From assembly GCA_965153285.1 (NCBI GenBank), contig OZ229116.1: a stretch of 64,000 nucleotides of DNA; one strand, given 5' to 3'. How positions within the stretch are numbered: position 1 is the first letter of the stretch; each line of letters starts with the position of its first letter. Shown here one piece after another: positions 1 through 12,147 of this stretch. The notes under the pieces are model-generated. The model was not told the origin of the DNA and searched no databases. It saw only the letters and a program-made list of their open reading frames with translations. Position numbers and translations under genes: made by a program. This stretch comes from Podarcis tiliguerta. Its lineage: Eukaryota.

Positions 1-1369
1 CCTAGCTAATTATTTGTCAGTACATTAATAAATCAAACTGATCCCTGGAAGGCTATCTAAATATAGCAGGATTATGAGATGTACTACATACTTAATAACA
101 GTAAATTGGATGGCTTAAAGACAAGTGATTTCCTGTTCTTAATACAAAAAAGATAGCATTTATCATTATGACCTAACAGGAGGAAGCAGGAGCTTCTGGT
201 GTAGCTTCTATTCTGACATGTGTTACATTGACCTGAGTTTACCATTTCCTTATTTCAGTGGATAGACTATGTTCTCATGATCCGAATGGCAAAAGTTTCA
301 AAAGCACTACAATGGGCACCAATATTTTCCATATTCATATAGGCATTCACTGTAGAGCAAGGTGCCTGTGGGAACATGTGGGGTGAACTTTTCCCCCTGA
401 GTGACATCGCATGATCAGGGAGTGTTCTCCAGCCAATGAGTGATAGGCTATTATTTAACTTGTCTGGATATGGATTTCTCTTGCATATGCATCAAAGACC
501 TCTGCTTTTTACTCTGCAGAAAATAACTGAGAGTTAAATTTCCATTGCAGACCAAACCCATCTAAACCATTTGTTTTCTTCTAGGGTTTTTTTTTTTTGG
601 GGGGGGGGTAGTATTCTTTGAAAATGAATGACATTGGTTCCAACCCTGAAGAGTTGCACTCTATGGAACTAGACTAGATATGCTCCTAGATCTAACCATG
701 TGTGTCTGTGTGTTCCAATTCTCTTCCAATTTATGTAAAACTATTGACTTTCCAGGCCCAGTTCTGGAGTATACATGCTTTGAAAATCTCACAAAATTAA
801 AACAATAAAATAATCAAATTTAATTAAAACTGCAGAAGGCAAATCACAGCAGGATAAGAAGGCAGGGAGTCTAGCAACATATTTAAAACTAGATTCAGTT
901 GGTATTCTAGAAAGCCTGGGGAAATAAAAATATCTTTGCCAATAACTAAACTAAACTAAACTAAGAGTAGGGCCTGTTCAAGCATTCTAAGCACACAAGA
1001 GTGTGTTAGCTCTGTCCATTTGATCTCCATCTGTTGCACACATATAACTTGCTTATTTTATTCTTACCATTTGCATGTACCTTAATCACACTCATCTCTA
1101 AGGAGGCTTACTGTACTGTACAGGCTTACCGTAATGCAGCTGGGAAGCCTCCTATACTCATAAAGAAGGGGGGGCTAAACATTTTGGCCCCTATATCACT
1201 GCCCCCCCTGCCAGTGGTGCGTGTAGCTCCCCACACATCAGGTAATCCATGCAGATCATCTAAGGAAGGGGGTTAGGGCAACAGCTCCACCCTATCCCAG
1301 CCCCATTCAGGTAAGCTGAAGTGATGCCACTGCCACAAGTGGGGCTGTGCCCCACCACACTGACCACTA

Positions 1370-1715
1370 CCTCTGCCACTGCTGAAAGGGATCTCTTGCC
1401 AGTCACCACTTTAGAAGGCAGATCCACACAGAGAAGGGCCTCCAACATTGATCTTAAATGCTGGGCAGGTTACATGAGGGATAAGGTGATCCCTCAGGAA
1501 AGCAGGTCCTAAGATAATGTCTAATATAAAGTTCATTTGCGTGTGCTAAGAAGCAGACCGGCAGCCAGTGAGGATGTTTATACACTGGTGAATTGCCTAA
1601 GGTCAGCCCCAGTCAGGAGTCTGGCAGCAACAGACTAGCTAATGTTTCTAAGTCCTCAAAGGCAGCTCCATGTATCAAGTATGGACATAATGTAGGCTGA
1701 ATGTTACCAAGGCTA
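1370..1715 (-). mobile_element. Degraded L2-clade LINE 3' fragment
   Basis: Reverse complement reads GCCTTGGTAACATTCAGCCTACATTA...CATGGAGCTGCCTTTGAGGAC. This matches the cleaner L2 copy at 39120-39800 (CTCTGGTAACCTCCAAGTTAGATTAC...GGGCTGCCTCTGAAG). Boundaries approximate. Confidence 0.6.
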
Positions 1716-1891
1716 TCCTAAAAATAAAGTTCTTAATCTTTAAGGCAACAGAAGACTGCAATAAACATGTGAGAATTCATGTTGAAACTGGTTAATTTCA
1801 TCACTTTACTGTTAGATACTTTATTCTGAAAGAGGGAATATACAGTAAAATATCGCCATGCAGCATGCAGCACCTGCTATTATATTGTGTG

Positions 1892-1896
1892 CTCTC

Positions 1897-1964
<68 letters not shown>
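1892..1964. repeat. Compound microsatellite (CT)n(CA)n
   Basis: Directly visible dinucleotide runs. Confidence 0.95.
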
Positions 1965-1965
<1 letters not shown>

Positions 1966-2539
1966 ACAGTGCGTTCTTTTCCATTTTTCACCCTGAAAAG
2001 CTTTGTCAAATATATCTCTGCCCACAGGAATACTTTTCATAATGTTGCAGTCTGAGAGCAATTACAATAATAAGCCCTAGCCAAGTATACAGAGGCAAAC
2101 AATGCAGCAGTGATATGTTCAAGGCCTATTATACTGGCTTTCCAAATTACAATTGATTTGAGATTTTCTTTTATAGTAAGAAGGGCTGTATAACCATCAT
2201 TTCTATGGTGACTGTTTATTAATTATGTTTACATTCAGATTTCTTTTAGTCCTAAGTTTAGGGCGTATGAATACCATTGGGTCAATATGCCTATTGCTCA
2301 TTGTGAGGGAAAAGTATGGTGTTTTTTTAGAAAATGCACACAAAAGCTGTAAAGTGCTGGTGTGTGACTGGTTTTATACTCGGAAACCACTTAGAAACCA
2401 CTTTGGCAATAAAGTAGCATAGAATGATCGTGATGATGTATGGTTTTTTTCCCCAGGTAATGGGAAGTAAGAAGAAAGTTTGTTGTGGCAGCAATGGAAA
2501 CAAAAATGGACAGGCTTTCAGAAGAAGTACTGCTTCTGA

Positions 2540-2660
2540 AGAGCAGTTGCTGGAAACCAGAGCAGGGATGAATGCTGTTGTACAGGGATGAGTGCTGCTG
2601 TGGGTTTCCTACAGGCACCTACTGTAGTTGGTCACTAGGAAAACAGGATGTTTGATGGGG
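2540..2660 (+). mobile_element. Degraded CR1 3'-UTR fragment
   Basis: CAGTTGCTGGAAACC...GGGTTTCCTACAGGCACCT...GGTCACTAGGAAAACAGGATG resembles the 3' end of the CR1 at 19320-19460. Confidence 0.45.
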
Positions 2661-2844
2661 TGGGGGGGAACAGTCAGTGTTTGAAAATGAAAAGGTTCTG
2701 ACCTCCTTTGCCTGGTCCTCAGACCCTAGTCAGCACAAAGAGTCCTTGAGAAAGAGCACTTTGCAGAATGCTGCTTTCATTCTTAAAAAAAGTCTTCTCC
2801 AACCATGACCGACAGCTTTATACATATCAAACACAACCAGCTTT

Positions 2845-2902
2845 CTACCTACCTACCATCCATCCATCCAACCAACCAACCAACCAACCAACCAACCAAC
2901 CC
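2845..2902. repeat. Tetranucleotide microsatellite (CCTA/CCAT/CCAA)n
   Basis: Directly visible. Confidence 0.9.
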
Positions 2903-2958
2903 ACAACACACACAATCAATGACCACTCTATATATACAGGCATGTGCAGGTGAAAGGT

Positions 2959-3017
2959 TGCATGAGTCATGCAGGCTTTGCCAATTCATTGTAGGCCGCT
3001 GACTCATGCTGACTCAG
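2959..3017. promoter_or_regulatory. Cluster of three AP-1 (TGASTCA) motifs, two with ARE/MARE-type GC flanks; candidate enhancer
   Basis: TGAGTCA 2963-2969 lies inside the near-palindrome TGCATGAGTCATGCA. TGACTCA at 3000-3006 and 3010-3016 are each preceded by GC. Function is inferred. Confidence 0.35.
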
Positions 3018-3242
3018 TTCCTTTTGTATTAAAGAAACAGCGGCTAATTTTAAGCCGTGACAGGGACCATTGGCCGGATCCACCAGGCTCTTCTTCTGTT
3101 TCTGTTAGGTTCACTGTTATGTCATTAGGAGGAAAGACAAACTGAAGCAAGACTGGAATGATCTAAAAAGAGAAGCCAGATAATTATTATAGAAATAGAT
3201 TTCAGTGGCACTTCACCTAGATTATGGAGGGAGAATTTACTT

Positions 3243-3345
3243 CTCTCCATCTGTTGCTGGACTATAAGCACCATCATCCCTGGCTGTTGGCATGCTAGCT
3301 AGGGCTGGTGGAGTTCAATTACATCTGGAGAGCTACGCCTACCCC
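3243..3345. mobile_element. Degraded palindromic hAT-type MITE (same family as 48714-48849)
   Basis: CTCCATCTGTTGCTGGACTATAA...CATCATCCCT...ACATCTGGAGAG fold-back pattern. Confidence 0.65.
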
Positions 3346-5019
3346 TTACCTAGATGTTTTCAATATAAATGCAATGAGCAGTCAACTGAAGGTACTGGCA
3401 AATGTGAACACCCTTGATCACAAAGAAGATCAGAGTGTACACTGTTGTAAACAGGTGCATTAGCACAGTGTTTTCCTAATCTTCAAACCATTTCCATCAC
3501 TGCACTCGCATAATTTTTTAATTGCATAAAACCCTTTGCTTCCTAGGCATATGTTTCTTCATTTTGCTCATGGTTTGTACATTCATCTCTGTCAAATAGA
3601 ACCAAAACTTTTTTTGCATTCACCTTTGATCTAAATGTGATCACAAAAATTTGCCAAATGTTACATTTTAAACAGAATTGGATGAAATGTGCAGGGGTCA
3701 CAACCCCTTCTGAGAGGATGATATTTGCCAAATTTCAGACAAATAGGTCCCAGGTGTATTTGTTTCTCTAAGCACCTTTCAAAATGGAGTTTCAAATTGA
3801 AGTTTTCTGAGCTAAGGATTTGCATGATACGTCTAGGAACTGTAGAGGCGCCCTTTGGTAAATTCCCTGCAATATTGTATATGGATATGTGTACAGATTC
3901 AGAAGTTATCCAAAATCCATCAAAAACAGTATCTGGGGTTTCTTTTAATGATTATATTTGTACCAAACAGAGGTTGGAGAACTAACCCCTGGAAAGTTCC
4001 TTACATTTTTATTTTTATTTTTAATGATTTCAATTCCTGTAGGGGTTCCTAGGAAATCAATCCCTTTTGGAAATGTGCACTTGTGGTTTAATTATGCTAA
4101 GTGCTGCTTTCTCTGTTGGGCTGAGAAGAGACTGATGTCCCTTGTCTCGTCTGTTGCCGATTGTCTCAAGCACCTCAAACGTCAACCAAACTGACACATT
4201 GGCCCTCCAAGCTGCAGGCCTGCAGGCAATGTCAGCCATTATTCCACTGACAGATTGACCTGTCAGCTATGGTGCTGGTTTGCTCTCAGTCAACCTTCCA
4301 CCCCCTGCTTCAGTCTCCCTAATAAGGAAAAAACTTCAGAGTGCGACAGAACTTGTTGGCCCCTACACCCAGAATGAAGAAACAAGACAGGATGTATGGT
4401 TGAATGTATGTTCACAATGTTTATTAACTAGTTTATGGAGGATCTGCAGCATTAAAAGATAACCCAGTCTTGCCAAATCAGATCAGAGGAGCTAGGAGGG
4501 GGAAATCCCTGCCTTCATCCTGACTCAAGCCAATGCACCAGAGTAACAATTTGCAAACTTTATTGGGTAGTGTCAGGATTGCTGGTTACTCCATACTGCT
4601 TCTACTTTTTCCTGGTTTAGTATTTAGTTATTATTTAAAGTATTTATGAATCTTACGTTTCTGATGCTAACATTCATAGATGCTAAAATACACTTGGAAT
4701 CATTGATAGTTATAGAAATTTCTGCTGGCTATTGGGATATCACTGAGTTTCCATCTATTTCTTTGAAGCCCCCACACCCTAAAGAAAAAGGAAATCAGCT
4801 GTCCAACTTACTGTTATTTATATATAATTTACAGTTCTACTGTTTGGACTGTGAAAGGCAAAGCACATTCACAGGACGGATTGTAAGACGTGCTAATAAA
4901 TGTGCTTTAATGACTGGACCTATATTAGATGTGATCTGTGAATGGAAGGAGCCTGTCTATTCATAGAATGGGAAGTCTTGATCCAACTCATCATATTTCA
5001 ATGCTTGTATATATGTACG

Positions 5020-5779
5020 TGTCAGGGGTTCAGGAGCAGAGGCACAGGAGAGGGAGGAAATGGAGAGCGAAGGGGAGGAGTCCGAAGGAAATGTCAGCGA
5101 TGACAGCGATCCGAGGTCTCTGAGTCTGTCCAGTGAATCAGAGGATTCACAAAAAGGGGCTCCCATGGTCAGGGCAAGGGGAGTACCCAGGGGGGCACTT
5201 CAGGGAGAAGGGGCCAGAGGGGACTCAGAGAGCAGCAGCTGGAAATCTGGACCAGCGTCCACACCAGAGGGAAGTAGGGGGGAGGAGTCCCAGGCATCGG
5301 GATCAGGCGGCGCGCTACCAGCGGGAGAACATGGGGCAGGATTGACCACGCCTCCGTCAGGGAGCGAGGAAACGGTTAAGAGGAAGGTTAAACGCGCGCG
5401 CTCGCCAAGTTCAAATGTACAGGAAGGCGGCACAGTTGGCAGCCCGGGTAGGGAGCCAAGTCCTAAAGCCCGCCGAAGAGAGCGGGAGGAGGCAGGAGGG
5501 TCAACGTCTGCGTCAGAGGAGTCCAGGAGGGAGGAGACCCCGGGGGGCAGCAGGACCCAGAGGAGAAAGGAGAGAAGGGAGAGGTGGAGTAAGATTAGAG
5601 TCTTAAACTGGTGTACAGGGGGCGGAGATTCAGACGGAGCTTCGCCGGTCTAGACTCTAGACGTAGAGCTGGGGCGCTGAGGCTTGGAAATGGAAACTAT
5701 TCTTCAATAAAGACTTTGATACTTTACTACCGGCTAGCGTTGGTCCTTTGTGAGCTGGGACCAGGAGCCAGCTCTGACA
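5020..5779 (+). mobile_element. Young solo LTR (Gypsy- or retrovirus-type)
   Basis: Starts TGTCAG (5020) and ends CTGACA (5779), a TG...CA with a 6-bp inverted terminus. Perfect 5-bp TSD GTACG at 5015-5019 and 5780-5784. AATAAA at 5706-5711. GC- and CpG-rich relative to the flanks. Confidence 0.9.
5060..5653 (+). CDS. Putative 197-aa LTR-encoded ORF (acidic Ser-rich N-terminus, basic NLS-like and Arg-rich motifs); function unknown
   Basis: Uninterrupted ATG-TAG ORF in strong Kozak context (GAAATGG), wholly inside the solo LTR, with a polyA signal about 52 nt after the stop. May be a chance ORF in purine- and GC-rich sequence. Confidence 0.35.
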   Translation: MESEGEESEGNVSDDSDPRSLSLSSESEDSQKGAPMVRARGVPRGALQGEGARGDSESSSWKSGPASTPEGSRGEESQASGSGGALPAGEHGAGLTTPPSGSEETVKRKVKRARSPSSNVQEGGTVGSPGREPSPKARRREREEAGGSTSASEESRREETPGGSRTQRRKERRERWSKIRVLNWCTGGGDSDGASPV

Positions 5780-5974
5780 GTACGCATTGCAATAGATGAG
5801 CTCCTTCCATTCACAGAAGGCACCTGGCTCCAGCAGAGACTTACTGCTGGAGGAAGGGAAGGCAATTTTCCCTGAATGCCTCTTTTCCCTGAAACCCCCT
5901 GCATCTTGTCTCATGCTGTTCTGGAGAGTTACAACCCTCTGGAGCAGATTCTCAGGAGGCCCCTTCCTCTAGGT

Positions 5975-6217
5975 CATGGGTAGGCAAACATGGATCCAGC
6001 CCAATCGCCTTCTAAATCTGGTCCGTGGCTGGTCCAGGAATCAGCGTGTTTTTGATGAGTAGAATGTGTCCTTTTATTTAACATGCATCTCTGGATTATT
6101 TGAGGGGCATAGGAATTCGTTCATAGCTCCCCCCCCCCCAAAAAAAAATAGTCTGGCCTCCCACAAGGTCTGAGGGACAGTGGACCAGCCACCTGCTGAA
6201 AAAGTTTGCTGACCCCT
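5975..6217 (+). mobile_element. Non-autonomous hAT (Charlie/OposCharlie1-like) element
   Basis: 5' CATGGGTAGGCAAAC and 3' GTTTGCTGACCCCT imperfect TIRs. Subterminal GGTCTGAGGGACAGTGGACCAGCCACCTGCTGAAAAAGTTTG resembles recalled OC1-type ends. Left target CTCTAGGT; right TSD partly collapsed (CTAGGT). Confidence 0.75.
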
Positions 6218-7878
6218 AGGTCAAACAGAACTCCACTGAGTACAACTCTAGAACTATCCTAATGTACCCACACATAGACAGACAATGGAAAAATTAATCA
6301 CTCAACAATGATAGAATCAAATATGTCATTGTTATGTTATTGTTATGTCATTCTGTGGATAATGGCAGCAATTCCTGAAGGCCCTATCATACTTGCTGGG
6401 TGACTTCTCCTGCCTTTTGGTCCTGATGTTGGTGTGATGCTCACATGTGTTCCAGACCTGGGGTGGCCTTGTGCTCAGCTGCTCATGGACCCTAAATCAG
6501 GTCTGAAGTGCTGTGGCACAAAATGATTCCATGAACACTTACTGCCTTTCTAGCATGGGAATAATCACAGACAAACAGGCAGATTGGTTCATGATATGGC
6601 TGATAGAGCATGGAAATTGATTCAGGACTCCTGAATACTATTAAGCAGCTTGGTGAAAAGAGAAAAGGGGTAGCAAAATTATGGAACTAGAATGGTGATA
6701 CACACACACGCATGCGTACACACACACATATCTATCAAGGTCACCATTTTAAAAGCAATCCCACTTAATATTCCCAAAGATAATAAGTTGGTTTTCTTGA
6801 AGGCCCCTGTGAATTTGAAATGCATTTTTTTACATCAAAATTAATTCAAACATGGACAAGTATTGATGCCAACAAAGCAAATATTACTGCTGGAAATATT
6901 GTTCCCTCTCTCAGAGGTCCTAAGCAATAATGTAATGGGTTTGGAAAGCAAAGTGTGCTTTGAACCCTAGAGACCATCAGCCAGTTAGTGTTTCAGTCAT
7001 GGTGACATTCAACGCTTCAAAACGACAGGGTATACCTGTACTTGGGATTGGTAGGGCATGGGGGAATGATTGTGTCTGCACATAGTAGTCTTTACAAAAA
7101 GCTGGTTTCAGTGGCTTTCACAAAATAAAATGCTTCATAAATAGGAAAGAAATCTGAACATTTTCTAAATACTTTGACATTGTGACTTCACACAGTTTGA
7201 ATAATAACACCATAGTATTTTGAACTATTTTTTTAACTCACTTCATACAATGAAGGGGGGGGACATAGAAGAATTTCTCACTGTGCCTTTGCCTCCGCTA
7301 TGGCTGTTCCAAGCACACACATACTGCTAAAGGGAATATTTGGGAGGCAGGGGATTTTAGTGTTAAAATGGCAGCATAACCTTTCATTGATTCCCCACCC
7401 CCACCCTTTAAAATGGTGTTCTTATTATAGCATGTCATTCCCAGTGGCCCAAACTAAATGGATGGAATATTTCATAAATATGTGCCATGATATTTGTCAC
7501 AGTATAAAGTCTTGTGGCACCTTAAAGACTAATACATTTATTGTGGCAAAAGCTTTCATGGCTCAAATGCTCTGTTGTTCTGTTTCACTGCAACAGCTTT
7601 ACTCAGCTAACTGGCATTATTTCTATAAGGCTTAGTCACAAAAGGGTTACATGTGTGGTGTATTGATAAGAGAGTGTGGAAGACCAAGGATAACATCTCC
7701 ATTCAGTCACTGGGTGACCTTACGCCAATTACTATCATTCAGCACATATGGTACACATATGGTGCACAGGGTTGCTGTGGGGATAACATGAAAACCAGGG
7801 GGACCATGTAAGCCACCATGAGTGATGGAAAATATATGTGTGTTCATATATGCATATAAGCACATATAATTGTGCATA

Positions 7879-7881
<3 letters not shown>

Positions 7882-7909
<28 letters not shown>
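7882..7909. repeat. (GT)n microsatellite
   Basis: Directly visible. Confidence 0.95.
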
Positions 7910-8081
7910 ATCACATAGCTCCTCCAAAACCCAGCTCCAGGCCCGAAACCCAACTGGAATGTGATCTTGAATAGACATATGGAATAGATATATGGCAGGA
8001 AAGTGAAACTAGAACTATGACTGAAAGATAGAAGGGCAAGAAAGAGCTGCATCAGAATGTCTGCTAGGGCTGGAGAGCTGG

Positions 8082-8330
8082 AGAAGAGGAAGAAGAGGAA
8101 GAGGAAGAGTTTGGATTTGATATCCCACTTTATCACTACCCTAAGAAGTCTCAAAGCGACTAACATTCTCCTTTCCTCCCTCACAACAAACACTCTGTGA
8201 GGTGAGTGGGGCTGAGAGACTTCAGAGAAGTGTGACTAGCCCAAGGTCATCCAGCAGCTGCATGTGGAGGAGCGGAGACGTGAACCTGGTTCCCCAGATT
8301 ACATGTCTATCACTCTTAACCACTACACCA
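8082..8330 (-). mobile_element. tRNA-derived CORE/MIR-type SINE (Squam3-like)
   Basis: Minus strand reads TGGTGTAGTGGTTAAGAG (A box)...GGTTCACGTCTCC (B box)...GATGACCTTGGGCTAGTCAC (CORE-like)...(CTT/CCT)n tail. Near-identical copy at 28172-28427. Confidence 0.85.
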
Positions 8331-9976
8331 GACCCCCACCACCACTCCAAAATTTGAGCATAATACTTTGAATAAAGATTTGCACGACCGACATCCATAG
8401 AGGCCCCCTCTGCTTGGGATTCACTCTCTGGGGTCTGGGACATGATATGCACACACCTACATTGGAGGCAAAACAGTTATTTAAAATAAGAACAACAAAG
8501 ATAGTTGTACGAATGGATAACTCAGAATCAGACCTATTAGAAAAGGACTGTTAGCTTTAGAAATGGCCAGATTCAACAAGACACTATTACAGGCAATTGC
8601 AGTGCTGTTTCCAATCCTTAGCATTTCATAGCAGCGATAAGAATGGGCATGGGAAGAAAGAGAATGAAGTGTGTCAAATTAGCTCTCTCATTCAGATGTA
8701 ACACAAAGCAGAGGTCGTGAACTCTTCTGGTCATAAATGATCCCATGCTTCTGCTCTTCTGGTTTCCTGACTGGTTTGCACCTTAATTATTCATTATGAT
8801 AAATCCCAAATCATTTCAGTGAACTATGGGGTGAACTTTCGGGATTGCAAATAATTGCTGGAATCATTGATGTGTTCTATCTTTCAAAATGCATTGAATT
8901 TAAATCATATGAGATTTAGCGAACATGGTTCATAACGAGCACACGGATAACCAAAGACTAGTCTTTATTCAATCATGTCACTGTTCCTGCACCTATAGTC
9001 TGTGCTTCTAGGGGAAAGCAGAGCATAAAAGCAACAAGTAGTTAAATGGGATGTCTTGCACTGTTGAAAAGCACAGAAAGCTAAAGCTACTTCTTGGACA
9101 CACCCCTATATCTATGTGTTCAGCAATTTCCTCTTCATTTTAGGCCTTATCTGTCTTCAACAAAGGCTGCATTCAGTTGTGAGGTTTATTGCATTAGTTT
9201 TACTGGTTATAATGCTAGCATTTCTCTCCCGATTCCTAATGTTCCTTTTACATTTTGTTGTTTTATAGAACTGTGCCTTTTAATCGATATACCACCATGT
9301 CATGCCAAACTTTAGGTGGCAAGAAAGAACTGTATACCCCAAATCTTGTCGATGGAAAACTCTCGTGATTTTCTGAGTTAATTTGAGGGGGGGGGGTTGC
9401 ACATGGATTTTTTTCTGGAAACAATTAACATGGAAATGAGCACTAAACATCTGCGAGATTCTATTAGGTTTTCAGAAGTGGCTTTTGCATTGAGTGAAAG
9501 ATCACATGGAATGTGAGAGTGAATAGGTAAGGAAACGTTATGAAGATGGAAAGAAGTGGCATCTAAATACAGCCAAGAATGACTAACCCAGAATGACTAA
9601 CACTGAAACCCTCCTAACCATGCCTACTTGGGTGGAAGTCCAATTGGATTTAATAGGTCTTATGCCCAGGTAAGGGGGTGAAGACAGCAGCCTAAGGCTG
9701 CAATTGTGAGGCTGCTGGGGAGATCAAAATGTATCATGCATACAAGCTCCCGTGTAATTTCCACTGAAACCGAACTGTGTATGGCAGGCCCGCCCAACTC
9801 CTAAGAGACTGCAATCTACTCACAGTATAAAAAGACCGGCTGTGATCTACCCATTGTCATTGCCAGGAAATGTTGAGCTTTTTTTAGGGGAGGATTGGCC
9901 AAAGTTCTTGAGCTTTTTTGGGGAGAGGGTTGGCCAAAGTTATTCTTACTCTCTAAATTGATGTATTATTGATTCT

Positions 9977-10116
9977 TAGCTCAGTCAGTAGAACATGAGA
10001 CTCTTAATCTCAGAGCTGTGGGTTCAAGCCCCATGTTGGGCAAAGGTTTCCTGCATTGCAAGGGCTTAGACTAGATGACCCTCATGGTCCCTTCCAACTT
10101 TACAATTATATAATTC
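9977..10116 (+). mobile_element. SINE with tRNA-Lys(CTT)-derived head and CR1-derived tail
   Basis: TAGCTCAGTCAGTAGAACATGAGACTCTTAATCTCAGAGCTGTGGGTTCAAGCCCCATGTTGGGC is a decayed tRNA-Lys-CTT. It is followed by TTCCTGCATTGCAAGGGCTTAGACTAGATGACCCTCATGGTCCCTTCCAACT...ATTCT, a CR1-type 3' end. Confidence 0.85.
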
Positions 10117-11769
10117 TTTTTTTATGTATCTGACATTATTTTACTACCAGCAGCTTGTTGTCCAAAGGGAAAACAAAATGTTTTAAAATTAAGACAGCCA
10201 CATGTGGCTCTATGAGGGACAGGGTATGCTGAACATAAACTATGGTAAGATGTTATGGATAAATTGTGCTGTTAAATATAGATGGCCAGGTCCTGCTGAT
10301 TGAGAGGCGAGTCTTGACACAGGAACAGGAACCCAGAGAGTCCTAATACAGTGTGTACAAAGCTAAACAAATTTTGCCTCCCTCTCATCTAGAAACTCAA
10401 GAACATGCATAAACTTGCATCCAAGGCAAAGTTCAGCTTATAAAGATGTAATGGATGGAGCAGCGCTGTGCTGAAACTTGTCTTCCAACTTCTTGGAGGT
10501 TTGCTTCCCTCATGAAAGAGGCTTCCATTTTGCTGTTTCATTCATTGGGCCCTTCAGAATTTCTTTAGAATTTCAGTGGTCATGGAGCTGAGTTATCTTT
10601 ATGAGATAGTCACAGGTGGTGTGTTTGTTTTGCTTTCCACTAAAGGCCTCACAGGAGACCTGCCTTATGATTGCTTTCCCTGAACTTTATAATTGGAGTG
10701 CAGGAAGTCAAGGACACTGGTTACCAAGGACCTCAGTGCAGTGTGTTCACTTTGTTTTCTGGAAAGTGCCAGAAATATTTCTGCACTAATTGTTTTCAAG
10801 GTAACAAGATTGCACTTCAAAATAATAACAGCAACAACAGCAATCAGCTGCCAGACAAATGACAGGCAGCCTCCAAGTCTTCACACACTTATGGGACATT
10901 TCAGATGAGGACATCATGAGCATTCAGGAAGGCTACAGAAGCCAAACCACTGAAGAGTTGACTTGTAGAATGAAAGAAAATACACTCACAAACACTCCTT
11001 GGTCAGCTTAAAAGTCTGGTAAGTGCAACAAAAACCTGCACCCCACTCATGAAAATTTCACAAAAATGTTCTAACCCACCCCCTCCCCTTGATAATTTTC
11101 ATTAATTGGTGGTGAATGGTTGGGGGGGAAATGGAAGGTTTTTTGGCACAGCATTAATATGGAAGCTAACACAAAGTAAATAAAAACTTTTATTCCATGA
11201 GCTATTACACAGGAGAGATGAGTATAACCTTACAGTCAAATGTTCATGTCATGCTGGTAATGGAAGTTATGAGTCATCACGATTTTCTGGCCATGAAATT
11301 AGGTCAGGGTATCACCACAAACTTCAAGAGCTATTTTCCTTGGTAGATTAAAATAATAATATTTCTGAGGAAGAGGAAAAAGAAGCCCTGAGATACGTTT
11401 ATATCAAGCAATGCATCAGGGACTGAAATGAAAACTCCAGTCGATACCTATTCTTATGTGGCACCACTAGTAGGAAAGTTTCTCCTGATACAAATATTTC
11501 ATGGATCCTGTGAATTGGCAGGTCCCAGCTGGCAGAAGAGAAAGAAATATTGACAGTAATTGCTTGCATCAAGATGGTGCCATTTTCTAGATGCTCCACA
11601 ACAGCATGTACACCGACTGCCATACTTTCCTGTGTGTGTGTGTGTGTGCGTGTGTACACACTCAAACACGGAGAACATTGCTGACTGAAGTTTACTATGC
11701 TAAGCACAAAGTCTAAAATCATACATGGCTTGCTGCTGCTTCTCCTGTTTAATATATGTGCTTCTGAGT

Positions 11770-12147
11770 AGGTAAAGGTAAAGGACCCCTGGACGGTTAA
11801 GTCCAGTCAAAAGTGACTATGGGGTGGTGGTGCTCATCTCGCATTCAGGCTGAGGGAGCTGGTGTTTGCCCACAGACAGCTTTCTGGGTCATGTGGCCAG
11901 TATGACAAAACCGCTACTGGTACAATGGAACACTGTGACAGAAACCAGAGCACACGGAAACACTGTTAACCTTCCTGCCACAGCAGTACCTATTTATCTA
12001 TTTGCACTGGCATGCTTTCAAACTGCTAGGTTGGCAGGGGCTCGGACAGAACAACAGGAGCTCACTCCATCGCAGGGATTCAAACCACTGACCTTCCAAT
12101 CAGCAAGCCCAAGAGGCTCAGTGGTTTAGACCACAGCACCACCCACG
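11770..12147 (-). mobile_element. Sauria (Squam1) SINE, near full length
   Basis: (ACCTTT)n tail seen as GGTAAAGGTAAAGG, body GTACCTATTTATCTA...AACTGCTAGGTTGGCAG, tRNA head at the right end. Confidence 0.9.

Noticed and set aside
3600-4070. Possible old DNA-transposon or Helitron-like remnant with repeated TTTGCCAAAT
   Set aside because: No termini or TSD could be defined; too degraded to call.
7735-8452. 152-aa and 76-aa ORFs
   Set aside because: They run through a SINE and microsatellites, which explains the hydrophobic and HT repeats.
9977-10041. Functional tRNA-Lys gene (also tRNA-like heads at 41237, 42236, 45512, 52386 and 57240)
   Set aside because: Acceptor stems are incomplete, CpG-type decay affects conserved positions, and each is fused to a retroposon tail. 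These are SINE heads, not tRNA genes.
10905-11024. Plus-strand exon candidate ending TG|GTAAGT
   Set aside because: Weak acceptor, a stop codon before the donor in the best frame, and no recognisable protein.
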